Source: Planctomycetota bacterium
GTDB lineage: Bacteria > Planctomycetota > B15-G4
Direction of reading: 5' to 3'
DNA: 64,000 bases
NCBI GenBank assembly: GCA_965248575.1
Contig: CBDFJQ010000002.1
Coordinates: 1,376,001-1,440,000, forward strand
Shown: positions 62,913 to 64,000 of the stretch, piece after piece
Layout of the letters: every line of letters begins with the position of its first letter
How positions within the stretch are numbered: the first letter of the stretch is position 1
Position numbers and translations under genes: made by a program
Notes under the pieces: generated by a model
What the model saw: only the letters and a program-made list of their open reading frames with translations
Databases searched by the model: none
Told to the model about the DNA's origin: nothing

Positions 62913-64000
62913 ATGAAGACCTACGCCGACCTCGAACAACACTACGCCGAGATCCAGGACCTGAAGCACGGCCTTTCGATCCTGGGTTGGGATCAGGAGG
63001 TGATGATGCCCCTCGGTGGTGCGTCGGCTCGCGCGCGCACGCTGGCAACATTGACGGGTGTGGTCCACAGCCAGATGACGGGCCCAGCACTCCAGAAGCT
63101 GGTGCGTTCCCTCAGCCGGAGCAAGGCGTTGTCACGCGCCCAACGCCGGGGCGTGGAGCTTGTCAAACACCACGTGGACAAGGCCTCCAAGATCCCGGGC
63201 AAGCTGGCCCAGCAGTTGGCGCACGCGGAAAGCAGCGGCCTTGAGGCATGGCGCATCGCTCGCGCCGAGAAGAACTTCAAGCGCTTCGCGCCCGAGCTGG
63301 CGCGCATGGTGGACCTCAAGCGGGAGGAGGCCTACCTCACCGCCGGCAAGGGCCGGCCCTACGACGCCCTGCTCGACAACTTCGAGCCGGGCGCCACCAT
63401 GAAGCAGATCGACCCGCTGCTCTTGGAGTTGAAGGAGGTCACTGTCCCGCTGCTCAAACGCGTCGTCGCCGACAAGCGGCGAGTGGACATGCGTCCGTTC
63501 GTAGGCCGCTTCGATGTGGACGCCCAGCGCGCCTTCGCACGAGACGTGGCCACAGCCATGGGCATCGACTTCTCCCGTGCGCGCATGGACCTGTCGACGC
63601 ACCCCTTCTGCGGCGGCATCGGCCCAGTGGACGTGCGCATGACGGCTCGTTACGACACGAAGGACACCCGGGGCGGCTTGTTCGGCGTCATCCACGAGGC
63701 CGGGCATGGGCTGTACGAGCAGGGCCTGAACCCGAAGCGGCTCTGCAAGCCCGTGGGCGGCGCCGTGTCCATGGCCATTCACGAGAGTCAGTCTCGGCTC
63801 TGGGAAAACAACGTGGCGCGCAGCCGGGCCTTCTGGAAGCACTGGGCGCCCAAGCTGCGCCGCGCCCATCCCCAACTCAAGGGCCTCGACCTCGACTGCA
63901 TCTGGCGCGCAGCCAACGCCATCCGACCGTCCATGATCCGCGTCGAAGCCGACGAGCTGACCTACAACCTGCACATCATCTTGCGCTACGAGATCGAGCG
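62913..64000 (+). CDS. Carboxypeptidase M32 (Taq-like), truncated by the window end
   Basis: Hand translation: LGWDQEVMMP, YDALLDNFEPG, HPFC, DVRMT, IHEAGHGLYEQG, HESQS, IRVEADELTYNLHIILRYEIE. Absent from the ORF track because it has no stop in the window. Confidence 0.93.
   Translation, partial: MKTYADLEQHYAEIQDLKHGLSILGWDQEVMMPLGGASARARTLATLTGVVHSQMTGPALQKLVRSLSRSKALSRAQRRGVELVKHHVDKASKIPGKLAQQLAHAESSGLEAWRIARAEKNFKRFAPELARMVDLKREEAYLTAGKGRPYDALLDNFEPGATMKQIDPLLLELKEVTVPLLKRVVADKRRVDMRPFVGRFDVDAQRAFARDVATAMGIDFSRARMDLSTHPFCGGIGPVDVRMTARYDTKDTRGGLFGVIHEAGHGLYEQGLNPKRLCKPVGGAVSMAIHESQSRLWENNVARSRAFWKHWAPKLRRAHPQLKGLDLDCIWRAANAIRPSMIRVEADELTYNLHIILRYEIE

Overview
GC-rich bacterial chromosomal window. 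A Planctomycetota/PVC-type organism is likely, but this is inferred from the style of SecE, HU, the porin and the sulfatase-like proteins and is not verified. No CRISPR array, transposase, integrase or phage gene was recognised. Contents in order: (1) a tufB-type operon on the minus strand, tRNA-Thr(TGT)-Tyr-Gly-Thr(GGT)-tuf-rpmG-tRNA-Trp-secE; (2) a response regulator, cystathionine lyase/synthase, IHF/HU, dtd and trpS; (3) an MCE lipid-transport operon with a W/P/F-repeat lipoprotein, MlaE, MlaF and an MlaD carrying six 34-aa repeats; (4) a ~29.5-kb surface-glycan locus (11.2-40.7 kb) with WecA, Wzx, five GT4s, a GT-C-like protein, two intact and one apparently dead B12-radical-SAM proteins, one Thr-type and one apparently dead sulfatase-fold membrane protein, a deacetylase, GNAT, methyltransferase, two lyase-like proteins and an epimerase; (5) HU, tRNA-Leu(TAA), an acyl-CoA ligase and a RamB/ScfR regulator divergent from aceB-aceA; (6) pqiAB, with a degenerate trypsin-like tail on PqiB, and fpr; (7) a BtuFCD-like ABC importer with a phosphatase/P-loop fusion, Dabb, a PQQ sugar dehydrogenase and an OprO/P-type porin; (8) an S8 protease, an O-methyltransferase and a partial M32 carboxypeptidase. 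The strongest leads are a shared C-terminal domain on two unrelated secreted enzymes (candidate sorting signal), the non-canonical MCE operon, and the pseudoenzymes paired with active paralogues in the glycan locus.
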